Virus record (IMG/VR): IMGVR_UViG_3300008108_000011
Coordinates: 64,001 to 128,000 of that record
Length of the DNA stretch: 64,000 bases
Strand: one strand, 5' to 3'
DNA from: a virus
In this document: positions 54,001 to 64,000 of the stretch, piece by piece
Layout: each line of letters starts with the position of its first letter
How positions within the stretch are numbered: the stretch's first letter is position 1
Program-made: the position numbers and the translations under genes
The notes under the pieces: generated by a model
What the model was told of the DNA's origin: nothing
Database searches by the model: none
The model's input: only the letters and a program-made list of their open reading frames with translations

Positions 54001-56201
54001 GTAAGGTTTCAAACGGATCAATATATGATACAGATTTAACTGTATTTGGTGCTGGATATACTGATGCACCAGCAGTAATAATTAATTTCACAGGAACCTC
54101 TGCTTCTGGAGCTTCAATTGAAGCTTTATTAGAAATAGATACTCCCGCTGTTAGAATGGGCGTTGCTGTTGATCCTGGAACTGTTTCGGTAGTTGATTCT
54201 ACTACTCCTACTAAATTTGCTTTTGAATATCCAGTGTATTTACAAAATAACACAGAATATGCTTTTGTGATTGAATCGGATTCCACCGATTACGAGATAT
54301 GGGTTTCTAGATTAGGTGAAACAGAAAAATCTACTAGTTCTGTGGTAACAACACAGCCACTATTAGGATCTGTATTTAAATCTCAAAACGTTGATTCTTG
54401 GACAGAAGATTTATTTGAAGATATTAAATTTACACTTTATAGAGCAGAATTTAATACTGAACGACCAGGAATTATTGAGTTAACAAATGAAATGCTTGGA
54501 TATACTGAACTAGATTTAAATCCAATCCAAACAGATTCTTTATCCGACACAACTGCTACATCAAAACTATTCAAAAATAATAATAGTATAGTTAAAGTAA
54601 CACACAAAGATAATGGATTTGAGTTTGGAGGTAATTCATATGTAGCATTTAAGAGATGTAATGATGTTGGTGGTCTTACTTCGGAACTATTGAATAACAC
54701 ATTATTCAATGTTTATAATGGTGGTGTAGATTTCTACACTATCACTTCTCCAACAAAAGCATCATCAAATGCTGTTGGTGGTGGAGAAAATACTCTTGCT
54801 TTATATAATAAAAAATATGAAAAATTATATGCACAAATAGCATATTTAAATTTCAGTGACACAAGTATTAATGCAGAAGTAAAAACAACAAATATTATTC
54901 CTGTAGATTCAACTGTTACTAATTACACAAATTATTCTCAATCTTCTTTCGAAAAAACTTTCTTAAATCAAGAACATTATTTTAACAATCAAAAAGTGGT
55001 TGCATCTAGAATTAATGAGTTGAAGAACTCAAATTCTATTTCTGATAGATCTTTAACTTATAAATTAACTTTAGAATCTGATGTATCTTACCTATCTCCT
55101 GTAATTGATCTTCGTTCTTCTTCGGTCAAATTGATTAATAATAAAGTAGAAAAATCTTTAGGAAAAGAAGATAGATTTGGAAGAAGAGATCAAATTATTA
55201 GTTTCTATCCAGTTTATAATTTTATTGTAGCTGGAGCAAATGTTGGTGCTATTAATGCAGGTGATGCAGGTAATCCAAAAATTATTACTGGATTCACTTC
55301 ACAGGCAAGAGGAGTTATTGTTAAATTTGATGTTTCTGCTAGCAGATTATATGTAAAGATGTTGACAGATATTTTATTCTCCCCTAGCGAAACTTTAGAA
55401 TTTGCTTCCCAACCAACATTAAGCGGAATTACAGTTGGTTCATCGGGAGTCACAGAACAATCATTTAATTTTAATTACAACTCTACTGTGATTGCAATTG
55501 ATAAAACGGATGTGACTAAAACATATGATAACGTTATTAGTGGAAAAGTAGTTCAGTGGGATGCAGAGAAGAAAATACTTACTGTATCAAACAACAAAAA
55601 TCCAATTAATGACAATTATACTGCTGCTGCAACTCCAGGGTCTGCTTATGCACGAGTTCCTTTCTCAAGTGCTTCTCAACAGCAAAGAGACATCTTTAGA
55701 GTGGGAGATTTAATTTCTTACGAAAATCAAGCATCTGATACGAAGTCATTTTTAGAAGTCAAATCTATTTCATATACTGATGGTGTATTGTTTGTTCCTG
55801 AGTTTAATAGAAATAGTTCTTCTGTAGCAAAATATGCTACTAAAGAAATTTCTATAGAGAATGCAGGAACAGGATTGGATGTTAAATTAACGGCAAATAT
55901 TTTTGAAGAAGATGATATTCAGGTTTTATATAAGATTAAAACAGTAAGTTCTCAATTTAATTTTGATGATCTTGGATGGGAATATTTTAATGGAACTGGT
56001 AAACCAGACGTGAGAGTTATTCCATCGTCTGAAAATAGTATTGCTGGTTATATTGAAGATCAAAGATCATATAAGGAATACAAATTTAGTGTCGCAAATC
56101 TTCCCGAATTCTCTTCTTTTGCAATTAAAATTGTTATGAAAAGTTCCAATCCAGTATTTGTTCCAAAAATTCAAGATTGTAGAGTTGTTGCATCATTCTA
56201 A
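48054..56201 (+). CDS. VrlC-like (DUF4815) large virion structural protein
   Basis: NLNAPPYYDDFD..KGYYKVLFRPG...QTRELTTLQSVLQNQIE; NKRYTMRDIGKLEQRIERLE.YT.LS.LEQ; PLSQTF. Confidence 0.85.
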   Translation: MPQKINLNAPPYYDDFDSSKGYYKVLFRPGYSIQTRELTTLQSVLQNQIENLGRSRFKQGQQVIPGEVSFNNKLNYIKLASVSEVAVNINGNIVFQKYDISQLVGVTLQGLSSGVTASVISYAFGNDLESDILFVKYTNSGNASNESTFRQGETLEALNITDTPTLVVGTDGSVLPTTIDVQNYDTGVITTIDSPAMGFASAVKVQEGVYFVNGYFVNNHEQIIVVDKYYDKPSVKVGFKISEDLVTPEQDISLYDNARGFSNFSAPGAHRLKIDLSLVVKEYDALADEDYVSLVTIKNGEVQQLTKTADYNVLEETLARRTFDESGNYVVDEFPLDLREYYQKNNNRGVYPLNSDTSLVNGISQSEANTLMVAGVGSGKAYIKGYEVINKDVKYLNVSKARDTLTREDTRIKTLSPSFFNVRNVYGSVPLNAEGQELTAYPNIYLNSVFNDGSIGYNNEELTAEAKQTLNRRGKVFGLNDGIITLYCQNPSNFSSYTYPTPSTFGVSLQKLWYVVNRGTTAATTTVRSIDLLSYAIVSRPSDLGSSTDTFLELTVVGNKEDILYFLREYDEDDSDKRRKLFVSENDAKGFYFQSGSQTIFPYSQILDYNNLITPIVGVCKPKDFSLLERGSGFNVDIDKVVSKGRLANGTPSYNSVFRLSYFNPSFFTRIILDQNINSSTFEPGKYIVGSTSGAYGVVEGSSTSKYTTGSVLFVKTLSGTFLSGETITDEGGNSRRIAREGTISHFVVVKRGSGYPFNTTVRINGVDYNNSSITVGIQGNIPYKIDIVNRNLVSQVYSTTPVITFNTGSTNPTAETLVKAVLYRNTVYTYTPQNVKSMHCSFGAGNAYNFTADVESFSTSYITSKSLTDFTFSGSIGSKYLECNGFSGDPSNELMQGDIVQFTDSNNNPIRSVVQSVDKPEGLTKSRVYLDNVLRGNVVNSNCVKIKPNVENISTSTLVIPLGAKYISSTVDSSEDSKIKYHFRRDFVTTASTSGGNVTFAAQLPYGTQRFAGFTPENFLLTVLDKKSSTTFQSGDLIYLSSDQVVIENTTSSTTGLTAGSVQITLDPDIFGTTTNFPILKLTATLEVSKARPRLKTVYRNKRILIVSPGDRIVPLRGVDYDSDSTDILSYSDAFKIKYVYEGTTQVPPVVSASGDLVTGTDVTERFSFDDGQRDTFYDVSRLVLKPGFEPPSGQLIVAFDYFEHSQGDFCTVDSYLHEAGVNLDEIPDFNSIVHGKLSLRDVFDFRPKVDSNAIISGYQDTSILSVEDYNSFFGSGGITSSTPASDPNLAYTISFNLKQYLDRIDGVFVNKKGEFFVKEGNASLNPTKPADVDDSLALYYLYVPAYTIQANDVKVITVDNKRYTMRDIGKLEQRIERLERYTMLSVLEQQALNMQVRDDIGIERFKCGFVVDGFENHSVGNLSSIDYLCSIDPQQSVLRPRSIENSLRLKEVNTRDEQRFLDGYQKSGSVITLPFTEVRAVENRFATRKININPFVVVQYSGDASLYPNVDQWFDQKESPIILNNDSKVFSVFYAKNDSREGFNSIHNNFIINWVGTDRVFYNVSPLNEITTLETTGTTRDASTASSSNISPQNNQLAQGISSKTVGNVSVSSSLQSFCRSVPVFFKLTRLKPSTRFYAFIDGRSIDRWIIQDFKFTGIAGNSLGTFNSGITTDANGNASGMILIPSGLPPQSGSSWLGDVTTVQYDTETGSPLSIVSGVKTIKFSSDINGSVDSTVESFAEVKYYATGSFPVQPSSVVSTSPAILKSPEGIQYIENTKAQAKPNPLSQTFTVEGYPGGVFVTGLDLYFNKKSSTIPVKAYLTNIESGKPGKYIVPGSESVLNPDTYLKVYTNGTINISRNETVTGTSSNASGPIKAVYDRNNTLVPASINGEFTLTNDQTYTLVLSNHNGRSFIQNETLNLSSLSTYNNAQNTNLSLTIARDSGRLTGLTITNCGTGYESATLTIESPQLIGGVNATATCKVSNGSIYDTDLTVFGAGYTDAPAVIINFTGTSASGASIEALLEIDTPAVRMGVAVDPGTVSVVDSTTPTKFAFEYPVYLQNNTEYAFVIESDSTDYEIWVSRLGETEKSTSSVVTTQPLLGSVFKSQNVDSWTEDLFEDIKFTLYRAEFNTERPGIIELTNEMLGYTELDLNPIQTDSLSDTTATSKLFKNNNSIVKVTHKDNGFEFGGNSYVAFKRCNDVGGLTSELLNNTLFNVYNGGVDFYTITSPTKASSNAVGGGENTLALYNKKYEKLYAQIAYLNFSDTSINAEVKTTNIIPVDSTVTNYTNYSQSSFEKTFLNQEHYFNNQKVVASRINELKNSNSISDRSLTYKLTLESDVSYLSPVIDLRSSSVKLINNKVEKSLGKEDRFGRRDQIISFYPVYNFIVAGANVGAINAGDAGNPKIITGFTSQARGVIVKFDVSASRLYVKMLTDILFSPSETLEFASQPTLSGITVGSSGVTEQSFNFNYNSTVIAIDKTDVTKTYDNVISGKVVQWDAEKKILTVSNNKNPINDNYTAAATPGSAYARVPFSSASQQQRDIFRVGDLISYENQASDTKSFLEVKSISYTDGVLFVPEFNRNSSSVAKYATKEISIENAGTGLDVKLTANIFEEDDIQVLYKIKTVSSQFNFDDLGWEYFNGTGKPDVRVIPSSENSIAGYIEDQRSYKEYKFSVANLPEFSSFAIKIVMKSSNPVFVPKIQDCRVVASF

Positions 56202-56425
56202 TGGATTATATTAAAGTTCTCGATCATGACTATCTTGTAAGAGACAACGATACTGGTGCCATTATAAATACTGATAAAAGTGTATTTGAAGATGCTAAAA
56301 AACTGCGTAATGGCAGTGCGTCTATTAAAAAACTTCAAACTGATGTTGAAGATTTAAAGAATGAGTTATCAGATATTAAAAATCTTCTAAGAGAATTTAT
56401 AAGAAATGCCAACACCAATCCTTAG
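56201..56425 (+). CDS. Small virion-associated hypothetical protein
   Basis: [13 protein letters not shown]-terminal coiled coil; coupled to the VrlC-like gene. Confidence 0.75.
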   Translation: MDYIKVLDHDYLVRDNDTGAIINTDKSVFEDAKKLRNGSASIKKLQTDVEDLKNELSDIKNLLREFIRNANTNP

Positions 56426-59400
56426 AAATGTAGCGAAAACCGATACTTTAGAAATACAGAGGCAGAAGATAAATCTACTGGCTTCTGATTTATTCAGCGT
56501 GCAAACTAGCGTTGGCGAAGGCGCTTTTAGTATGAGTGATGGTAGTATTCAGCAACCATCTTTGTTTTTTACTAATGCTACGGATGTTGGTATCTTTAGA
56601 GGATCTAGCGGAAAACAATTATATATTGCAGCCGAAGGCAATGCAGTTGCAAAATTTGATAAAAATAATTTAACTTCTTTACGAGATTTTAAAACATTAG
56701 TTTCGGCAGTTCCAATTGGAGCTAATGGAATTACAATTACAAGCCCAGGATCAGAATATAGTGGAGGAACTTTTTCTTCTGTTCCTCTTACTGGAGGATC
56801 TGGAACTGGAATAAAAGCTTCTCTTATTGTAAGACCTATAACAGGAACTATCACAAATGGTGGATCTGGATATGTTGGTGGATCTTATGTAAGCGTTCCT
56901 TTGACGGGGGGAAGTGGAACTGGAGCTACAGCAGATATTACAGTTTCTCCTTTCTCTGGTTCTATTCAAAATGGTGGATCTGGCGGAAATATCGGGGGGA
57001 ATGCTTCTCAAATATTTACAAATGTATCGTTAACTGGTGGTTCTGGTTCTGGAATGAGAGCCGATATTACTGTTACTACTGCCGGACAAATTGTAGCTGT
57101 TACAGGAGTAACTATAGTTAATCAGGGATCTGGATATCAAACTGGTAATGTTCTGTCAGCTGTTTCTAATACAATTGGTGGAGTTACAGGATTTCAATAT
57201 GTAATTAATGGTGTTGGTAACGTCACTCAAGTTCAGATTTTATTAGCAAACACTGGATATCAAGTTGGAAATGTTTTATCTGCTAGTAATACAAATTTAG
57301 GTGGTTCTGGATCAGGATTTCAATTTACAATAACTGGAGTTGGAGCAGTAGTTGATGCTTCTGTTACTGATGGCGGTGACGGATATATTATAGGAGATCA
57401 ACTTTCAGTAAATGCTGTTGAATTAACACCAGCAGAAACTTGGTATGTTAGGATGTGGATGACACAATTATTTGTGTTTTCTGGAACACTTCCAACAACA
57501 GGATTTAATGTTGGAGATACATTAACATATGCTGGAGAAGGAAGAACTGTTGTAAAAAGGTTTTTAAATGCTCAAAATAGAGTAGAAGCAGTTGCTGTTA
57601 GAGCTGGTGCAGAAGATGGAAATACTATTCAATTTTTCCCAAATTTATCTGCTAGTGATGGAAATGGCAATAGTGCAGTTGTCGGATCTTCTACTTCTGC
57701 ATTAAATTATTATTTTTCTTTGAATCAAAACGGTCCTTTTGAAAATATAAAAGATTTTACTTTCCAAAAAAACAAAAGATATATTTTCAATCAGACTAAT
57801 TCTTCTAACAATACACACCCAATACGATTTAGCACAACTGCAGATGGTATTCATACCGTATTGAGTGGTCAAGGGGCACAAAGAGATTTTGGTGATTTAT
57901 ACGAGGGAAGTGAAGTAAATTACGAATATACTCCTTTTGATGTTTCCATCACCCCAAATGATAATACTCCAACTACTTTATACTATTATTGTAGTAATGG
58001 TTTTGGAGATCCCGAGAACCAACATATCAATGAAGGAGGGTTTGATGGTAGAGAAGGAAAAATAACTATAAGTGGAGCAGCAACAGTAGGTGGTGGTGGT
58101 TTAGTTCTTACTGTCGGTGCTGTTAATACTGCTTCTAATATTATCCTCAAAAAGAATGGAGAATCTACATTAGGAGCTACAACAGCTTCTTCATTAACTT
58201 TAACTGGAGGATTATCAGTTGGATCTTCAACTACTTTAAGTGGCAATTTAACTATTGGATCAAATAAATTTACAGTCAATTCGTCAACTGGAAATACTAA
58301 TATTGCGGGATCTTTAACTGTTCAAGATGATCTTTCTTTCTTGGCAGATGCAGCATTTGGAGGAACTTTATTTATAGACTCTGCAAATAATAGAGTTTCT
58401 GTTAATATAGATCCTGCAGTTACACCATTAACAGAAGCGTTTGAAGTTTTTGGAGACACAAAAACAAGTGGAAATGTTGTTTTATCCACTGCTTCTGGAA
58501 AAATTGTAAAAATTGGAGATATTACTCAACTTGGAGGAACTTCACGATTACAAGTTGACGGTTCGGTTTACTCCACGCAAGGATTTTTTGCAAAATCATT
58601 ATCTGATGTAAAAAATCCTACTATTAGTTTTAGGTCTTACGAAAGATTTGGATTGTCGCATAATGCTTCTAGTTCTACTTTATCTGTAACTACGGGAAGT
58701 GGAGAAGTATTGAGATTTGGAAATTCTGTTACAACATCATTAAGAAATTTAAATTTTGATAGAGTCGATGTTACAGCAACTACATTAGTAGGAGGGGAAG
58801 GATATACAAATGGTTCTTATAGTGGATTACAACCATCTGGAGGAACTGGATCGGGATTAACTTTATCTTTAATTGTTGCATTTACTGTCAATATTACTAA
58901 TGCTGGATCTGGATATACTCCAAATACTTACGAAAACGTTCCACTTACTGGTGGTTCTGGATCAGGAGCAAGTGCAACCATTATCATTAATTCTACTGGT
59001 GTAGTAAGTGATGTAATAGTTACTAATGCTGGAACTGGATATACAGCAGGTAATACATTATCTTTCAATTATACAAATTTAATTGCAAATAACGGTGGAG
59101 TAATAGTAACTTCTACGGCACCGTCTCAAGTAGCATCATTAACTATAAATCAATTAGGTGCAGTAACAAAAATTACAATTACAGATAGTGGTATTGGATA
59201 TGCAGCTGGAGATATTTTAACTTTATCACCTCCAGGATCTCCAACAACACCAGCAACATTAACAATCAATACCACAGTTTCTACAAATACTATTAGTATA
59301 AATTCATCTACTGGCAATATTTTAGCACAATCTTTAAGCACTCTAGGTTCTGGAATTTTAATAGATAACAAACTTTCTATAGATTCAAATACAATATCAT

Positions 59401-60557
59401 CTACACAAAACGAAGATATTAATATTTCACCTGGAGCTGCATCGAGAATTCTTTCGGTTTCTGGAACAGGTGGGGTGAAATTACCTGTTGGTAATTCCAC
59501 CAATAGACCATCTGCATCAACTGCTGGTATTATTCGTTACAACACACAGACTTCTCAATATGAAGGTTCGAATGGAGTTAACTTCATTTCTCTTGGCGGT
59601 GTAAGAGATGTTGATGGAAATACTTATATTATTGCTGAGGAGACTGTAGGTGCTAATGATAATATTCTATATTTCTTCAATGATAATTATAACTCGGCAA
59701 GATTAAACCGAACAGAGTTAGAACTTACAACTGCAAATAAAATTTCTTCTAGAGATACTGATGGTAAATTTGCATGGAAGGCAAATACAGCATATCTTTT
59801 AAATGCATATGTATATTATGGAGATAATATATACAAAGTAACGACTGCAGGAACAACTTCAACTATAGCACCAACTCACACATCTGGTTCTGCTACGAAT
59901 GGAACTACAGTTCTTGAATATTATGGAGATTCTTATGGAAGTCTAGAAATAAGAGCAGATGAATTAAAAGTTGGTGTTAGATTTAACATTAATGATAAGT
60001 TAAAATTATATTCATATAATACAAATGATTTTATTCTAGAAAATCAAATTAATAATTTCCAGTTTGCTTTTGGAAATGTTTTAGGAGTTCCCGATACATT
60101 CTTAACAATAGATACAGCTGGAACTTTAAAAATTAATAAAAATTACGACACTGCTGGATCCACAAATAATCACATTCTATTAGATAAGACTCTCAAATAT
60201 ATTGAGCTAGATGATATTGCTTTAGCAACCGCCGATTCTTCACTAATTAAAGGAACCACCAACAGCGCAGCAACATCAGTATACAACACAACTACACATA
60301 AAGGTGCTAAAGTTGTGGTAGTTGCTGATAATATTACAACTGGTGATAGACATATCGTTGAATATAATGTTATTCATAAAAACTCAAATATATACGTTAA
60401 TGAGTATGGCAACTTAGATACAGGAACAGAACAATTTACCGCTTTATTTGATTTTGATGGTTCTGATAATGTTCGTGTTACTTATACATTAACTTCTGGT
60501 GTTTCTTCTGGAGACAACGTTGTGATTACTACTACCAAAACTCAAATTAAGAAGTAA
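56406..60557 (+). CDS. Tail fibre-like virion structural protein
   Basis: [19 protein letters not shown]-terminus; repeated IT.GGSGY...[10 protein letters not shown] modules; G.IRYN....YEG motif. Confidence 0.75.
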   Translation: MPTPILRNVAKTDTLEIQRQKINLLASDLFSVQTSVGEGAFSMSDGSIQQPSLFFTNATDVGIFRGSSGKQLYIAAEGNAVAKFDKNNLTSLRDFKTLVSAVPIGANGITITSPGSEYSGGTFSSVPLTGGSGTGIKASLIVRPITGTITNGGSGYVGGSYVSVPLTGGSGTGATADITVSPFSGSIQNGGSGGNIGGNASQIFTNVSLTGGSGSGMRADITVTTAGQIVAVTGVTIVNQGSGYQTGNVLSAVSNTIGGVTGFQYVINGVGNVTQVQILLANTGYQVGNVLSASNTNLGGSGSGFQFTITGVGAVVDASVTDGGDGYIIGDQLSVNAVELTPAETWYVRMWMTQLFVFSGTLPTTGFNVGDTLTYAGEGRTVVKRFLNAQNRVEAVAVRAGAEDGNTIQFFPNLSASDGNGNSAVVGSSTSALNYYFSLNQNGPFENIKDFTFQKNKRYIFNQTNSSNNTHPIRFSTTADGIHTVLSGQGAQRDFGDLYEGSEVNYEYTPFDVSITPNDNTPTTLYYYCSNGFGDPENQHINEGGFDGREGKITISGAATVGGGGLVLTVGAVNTASNIILKKNGESTLGATTASSLTLTGGLSVGSSTTLSGNLTIGSNKFTVNSSTGNTNIAGSLTVQDDLSFLADAAFGGTLFIDSANNRVSVNIDPAVTPLTEAFEVFGDTKTSGNVVLSTASGKIVKIGDITQLGGTSRLQVDGSVYSTQGFFAKSLSDVKNPTISFRSYERFGLSHNASSSTLSVTTGSGEVLRFGNSVTTSLRNLNFDRVDVTATTLVGGEGYTNGSYSGLQPSGGTGSGLTLSLIVAFTVNITNAGSGYTPNTYENVPLTGGSGSGASATIIINSTGVVSDVIVTNAGTGYTAGNTLSFNYTNLIANNGGVIVTSTAPSQVASLTINQLGAVTKITITDSGIGYAAGDILTLSPPGSPTTPATLTINTTVSTNTISINSSTGNILAQSLSTLGSGILIDNKLSIDSNTISSTQNEDINISPGAASRILSVSGTGGVKLPVGNSTNRPSASTAGIIRYNTQTSQYEGSNGVNFISLGGVRDVDGNTYIIAEETVGANDNILYFFNDNYNSARLNRTELELTTANKISSRDTDGKFAWKANTAYLLNAYVYYGDNIYKVTTAGTTSTIAPTHTSGSATNGTTVLEYYGDSYGSLEIRADELKVGVRFNINDKLKLYSYNTNDFILENQINNFQFAFGNVLGVPDTFLTIDTAGTLKINKNYDTAGSTNNHILLDKTLKYIELDDIALATADSSLIKGTTNSAATSVYNTTTHKGAKVVVVADNITTGDRHIVEYNVIHKNSNIYVNEYGNLDTGTEQFTALFDFDGSDNVRVTYTLTSGVSSGDNVVITTTKTQIKK

Positions 60558-60563
60558 TAAAAG

Positions 60564-61070
60564 ATGGCAACTACTATAAAAACCTTTAATTCGGAAGGTG
60601 GGTTTGGTGTAAATCAAGTCACACTAGTTACAGATAAATTAGATATTCAGAATGTCAATACATTCAATTTAAAAAATTCTAATTATACTGATGCCTCACG
60701 AACAGATTATATTTTAAGGGGATTAAATACATCTGTTCTAACTTTAGATGGAACTTTTCCAATAACGTTAGCATCAAACACTATTAACTTTATTACTGGA
60801 TATATTGTTGCAGTTAATCCAACTGGAGTTGGTCATTATTCAGTAAAGATTGAATCTGCAGTAACATGTAATTCGTCGGGAGATGTTCAAGTTTTATCCG
60901 AAATTTTTACAACAGTAAAAGATAGCGTACCTACTGGTCAGACTTGGACAGTTGCTAGTTACGATTCTGGCACAGCAAATCAATTTAGTTACACTACAAC
61001 AAGAGGCGGAACAACCGATACTATTAAATGGATTGCAAACACCCAAGTAGTATCAGTTTCTTGGTCATAA
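60564..61070 (+). CDS. Virion structural hypothetical protein
   Basis: Ser/Thr-rich beta protein in the late operon. Confidence 0.7.
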   Translation: MATTIKTFNSEGGFGVNQVTLVTDKLDIQNVNTFNLKNSNYTDASRTDYILRGLNTSVLTLDGTFPITLASNTINFITGYIVAVNPTGVGHYSVKIESAVTCNSSGDVQVLSEIFTTVKDSVPTGQTWTVASYDSGTANQFSYTTTRGGTTDTIKWIANTQVVSVSWS

Positions 61071-61073
61071 TAA

Positions 61074-61080
61074 CTAAATA
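61074..61080 (+). promoter_or_regulatory. Late promoter variant
   Basis: CTAAATA about 40 nt upstream of ATG 61122. Confidence 0.6.
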
Positions 61081-61121
61081 ATACAGAAGAAAAAACAGAA
61101 CTCTAGAGGCATTACGAGAAA

Positions 61122-64000
61122 ATGAGTTTAGAATTTAATGCTGATAAGCAGATAATCAAATCAACAAATCCTCAACTTATTGGTAGTGATGATCTCACTA
61201 TTAGAGCTGGTTCTGGATCGGATGAAAAGGAAGTTTTTAGAGTTCAATTAGATGATACTACGAAGTTACCTCGTATTGGTATCAACCGAACTGGTCAAAA
61301 AATCGAAAAGATTTTAATTGATCAAGGATTTAATGGTAGTGGATATACTACCCAACCATCTGTTATTATTGGTCCTCCAGATCTTACTAATGGTATTCAG
61401 GCACAAGCATCTGCAATCATCTCTGCTGGTTCTGTAGTAGCAATTGTTGTTGATAATGTAGGTTCTGGATATCTTTCAGCGCCATCAGTAAGTATTCTCG
61501 GAGGCAATGGAAATGGTGCTGCTGCTACTGCATATCTAGATACTGTAGATTACGAACTAGATGTTAATGGTGCTATTAGAACATCTACTTCAATTATTTC
61601 AGATACTGCAAGAATCCTAAACCTAGATATTGATAATTTTGTAACTCCAGATGCAAAATTTCGTGCTCCATCCTTAAAAACGTATGCTAACAACACAGGA
61701 ATATTGTGGGCACCATCTACATCTATAAGTATCAATGAAGTTTGGTATTACGGTAATAATATTTACCAAGCATTAAACACAGGTCTCAGTGGAAGCACTC
61801 CACCAACTCATATTGATGGAACCCAAACAAATGGAACTGTAAGTTTCAAACATATTGGATATAGAGTATCTAGCCCTCTATTGAAAGGATATAACCAGGA
61901 TATGAGTTATCCTCGTTCTATCACGCCTCCTTTTGGTGATGACTCAGATAAAGTTGCTACCACTGAATACGTTCTAAACCTCGCTACGAATGACGTTGGC
62001 GGCCGTGTTTATGTTTCTGCAGAGATTGGCAATGATTCGAATAATGGTAGATCTGCAGCTGCTCCCGTAAGAACGATTAAGAGAGCATGTCAGATTGCTT
62101 CACAGACAAAAGGTGTCAAAGAAACAGTTGTTGTTTCTGGTGGTGAGTATGTAGAAGATAACCCAATTTCTATTCCGCCAGATTGTTCAGTTGTTGGCGA
62201 CTCACTTCGTATTGTTATTGTTCGCCCAAACAATCCGAACAAGCACATGTTCAAGTTTGCGGACAAGAATTATATTTCTGGTCTAACATTCAGAGATAAA
62301 ATTGATAGTAATGGAGATCCTATTGCTACTTGGAAATATGCTTGTGTCTTTGACGACAAGCAAAGAATTTATTATGATCCAGCATCTGGTGGAGATTTTA
62401 AAAGAGATTTTCCAATTGGTCATCAAATTTTCGGTCCTGCAAAAATTAGAGTTACTTTCCAAACAAACACTGGAGGAACTGCTATTGCTGAAAACGAATA
62501 TGTAACTGGTGTAAACACTGGTGCGGTTGGTGTTGTAACGGCAAGAACGTTTTCTAGTGGAACAGTTAGTGGAACTATAGATATTAAAGTTCTTAGTGGT
62601 TCTTTCCAAACTGGTGAAACATTTACATATCCAGGTGATGGTGCCAGATCATGGCAAGCGAATACAACTTATACTCTGAATACTATTATCTACAATGGTA
62701 ATAATGTTTATTCCGTAACTACTGCAGGAACTTCTGCTTCAACTTCTCCAACTCATACAACTGGAGCAGAATCTAATGGAACTGCGACTTTAACTTGGAT
62801 TCGTAATGTATATAACTTGATTGCTATTCAGGTAGAGTCAATTAGAGCAGAGGGAGAAGTTGTAGAGCATGTTACCGATACTACAACTACTCTACCTATC
62901 ACCAGAGTTGATGGTTCTCTCCAAGCAGATCCAACAGTTGGTGGTATTGTTCTTTATACAAACCCATTGGTAGGAAGAACAAACTTCCACAACTTCAAAG
63001 AAAACCAAGAGATTGAAATTTCTGGTTTACCAACTTCAAACCCAGATCTTTCTTCTCTAAACGGTAAGCAAAGAGTCTTCAAAATTATTAGAGATGCTGA
63101 CGGAAGATCCAGACGTATTGTTCTTTACAAGCAACTAGCGGCATTTAGTGATGTTAACTACATTCCATCGAATGCATCAGTAAAATCTGCAAACAACTAC
63201 ATTACTCTATCCCTATTAAACTCACCAAACAAATTCCCACTTCCTTCATTTGTTTTAAGACGTTACCAGGATGCTTGCAACTTAATTAGAAATAATATTG
63301 ATTTCATCAAGGATGAAACATATCTACAAATCCAGGATGAATTTAGCCCCAACTTCTCAATTTCGTCAATTCAAACAACAACTGGAACTGGTGCTGATGC
63401 TGGTTATGTAATCTTCAGAATTACTACCACTGGCAATCATGGATTCTATCTAAATGATACTGTATCCATTTTTAAGAATGGATTGAATAATAATATTAAT
63501 GGAACATTTACTGTAAGCAATAAAGTAAGTAATACAGTATTTGAAGTTAAGTGGTTAGGTGTTATTGGAACACTTGGTTTAACTTCTGGCACCATTTACA
63601 CCACAAGTTCAACTCCTGCTCTATCAGCAAGTGCTTACGTTCAAAGAGCATTCACTATTCCAAACGAAGCAAAGTGCCGTAGAGATATTGGGCATATTGT
63701 TAATGCCATCATCATGGATCTTGAGTATGGTGGCAACTATAACGTTATCGAAGCCGCCAAGACTTATAGAAATGGAACTCAAATTGGTTATGTCAGCAAC
63801 GAGATTGCAGAAACAGTAAGATCAGTAGAGATTGCTCGTAATCTTTGCATTCTTGCAATGCGTCGTTGGAGAACTGGAAACGGTCAAATAGCAGATCCAC
63901 TATATACACCAGTATATTCTAATGTAGCGCGTTATTACGACACATCAGTAGTTCAGGATACATCTAACCCTGCATGTAATGATGTTGCAAATGCTATTAC
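61122..64000 (+). CDS. Giant tail/virion structural protein (3'-partial, absent from the ORF track)
   Basis: MSLEFNADKQ... open to the window end by manual translation; YVSAEIGNDSNNG...APVRTIKRA and KCRRDIGHIVNAII.DL.YGGN motifs. Confidence 0.85.
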   Translation, partial: MSLEFNADKQIIKSTNPQLIGSDDLTIRAGSGSDEKEVFRVQLDDTTKLPRIGINRTGQKIEKILIDQGFNGSGYTTQPSVIIGPPDLTNGIQAQASAIISAGSVVAIVVDNVGSGYLSAPSVSILGGNGNGAAATAYLDTVDYELDVNGAIRTSTSIISDTARILNLDIDNFVTPDAKFRAPSLKTYANNTGILWAPSTSISINEVWYYGNNIYQALNTGLSGSTPPTHIDGTQTNGTVSFKHIGYRVSSPLLKGYNQDMSYPRSITPPFGDDSDKVATTEYVLNLATNDVGGRVYVSAEIGNDSNNGRSAAAPVRTIKRACQIASQTKGVKETVVVSGGEYVEDNPISIPPDCSVVGDSLRIVIVRPNNPNKHMFKFADKNYISGLTFRDKIDSNGDPIATWKYACVFDDKQRIYYDPASGGDFKRDFPIGHQIFGPAKIRVTFQTNTGGTAIAENEYVTGVNTGAVGVVTARTFSSGTVSGTIDIKVLSGSFQTGETFTYPGDGARSWQANTTYTLNTIIYNGNNVYSVTTAGTSASTSPTHTTGAESNGTATLTWIRNVYNLIAIQVESIRAEGEVVEHVTDTTTTLPITRVDGSLQADPTVGGIVLYTNPLVGRTNFHNFKENQEIEISGLPTSNPDLSSLNGKQRVFKIIRDADGRSRRIVLYKQLAAFSDVNYIPSNASVKSANNYITLSLLNSPNKFPLPSFVLRRYQDACNLIRNNIDFIKDETYLQIQDEFSPNFSISSIQTTTGTGADAGYVIFRITTTGNHGFYLNDTVSIFKNGLNNNINGTFTVSNKVSNTVFEVKWLGVIGTLGLTSGTIYTTSSTPALSASAYVQRAFTIPNEAKCRRDIGHIVNAIIMDLEYGGNYNVIEAAKTYRNGTQIGYVSNEIAETVRSVEIARNLCILAMRRWRTGNGQIADPLYTPVYSNVARYYDTSVVQDTSNPACNDVANAI

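Noticed and set aside
36451-56201. Inteins or introns in the very large gp7 and VrlC-like genes
   Set aside because: No intein splice-junction or LAGLIDADG motifs recognised and the frames are uninterrupted.
1-64000. Minus-strand and nested short ORFs in the track (e.g. 4637, 9863, 24387, 30411, 53966, 59150)
   Set aside because: Antisense shadows of well-supported plus-strand genes, with no recognisable motifs.
1-64000. tRNA genes
   Set aside because: GTTCGA-like strings seen (e.g. about 29784) lie in coding sequence without cloverleaf context; a tRNAscan-SE run would be decisive.

Overview
A 64-kb segment of a T4-like cyanophage (cyanomyovirus) genome; all credible genes are on the + strand and I found no tRNA, rRNA or CRISPR array. 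(i) 1-9.5 kb: end of a tail-fibre/tail-collar module followed by three 2OG-Fe(II) oxygenases and accessory ORFs. (ii) 9.5-28.3 kb: densely packed small accessory ORFs, including a putative PD-(D/E)xK nuclease next to a beta-class N4C/N6A DNA methyltransferase, a carbamoyltransferase split into two genes in reverse domain order, RlpA, a QueG-like Fe-S protein, a thioredoxin-like protein, two more 2OG-Fe(II) oxygenases, a ParB-like protein and an SF2 helicase. (iii) 28.3-29.4 kb: an origin-like segment bounded by two clusters of cyanobacterial-type DnaA boxes (7 x TTTTCCACA), with a 23-bp terminal inverted repeat and a 9-bp-phased inverted A-tract array. (iv) 29.4-32.3 kb: a GC-rich island of micro-ORFs (ArdA-like, KTSC-like, HicA-like), most preceded by a repeated palindrome-plus--10 promoter module. 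(v) 33.4-64 kb: late structural genes (PAAR, gp25, gp6, gp7, gp8, VrlC-like, large tail/virion proteins, the last running off the window) with TATAAATA late promoters. Two recurrent, fixed-spacing promoter architectures were read directly from the sequence. Protein family calls come from motif recognition only; no searches were run.
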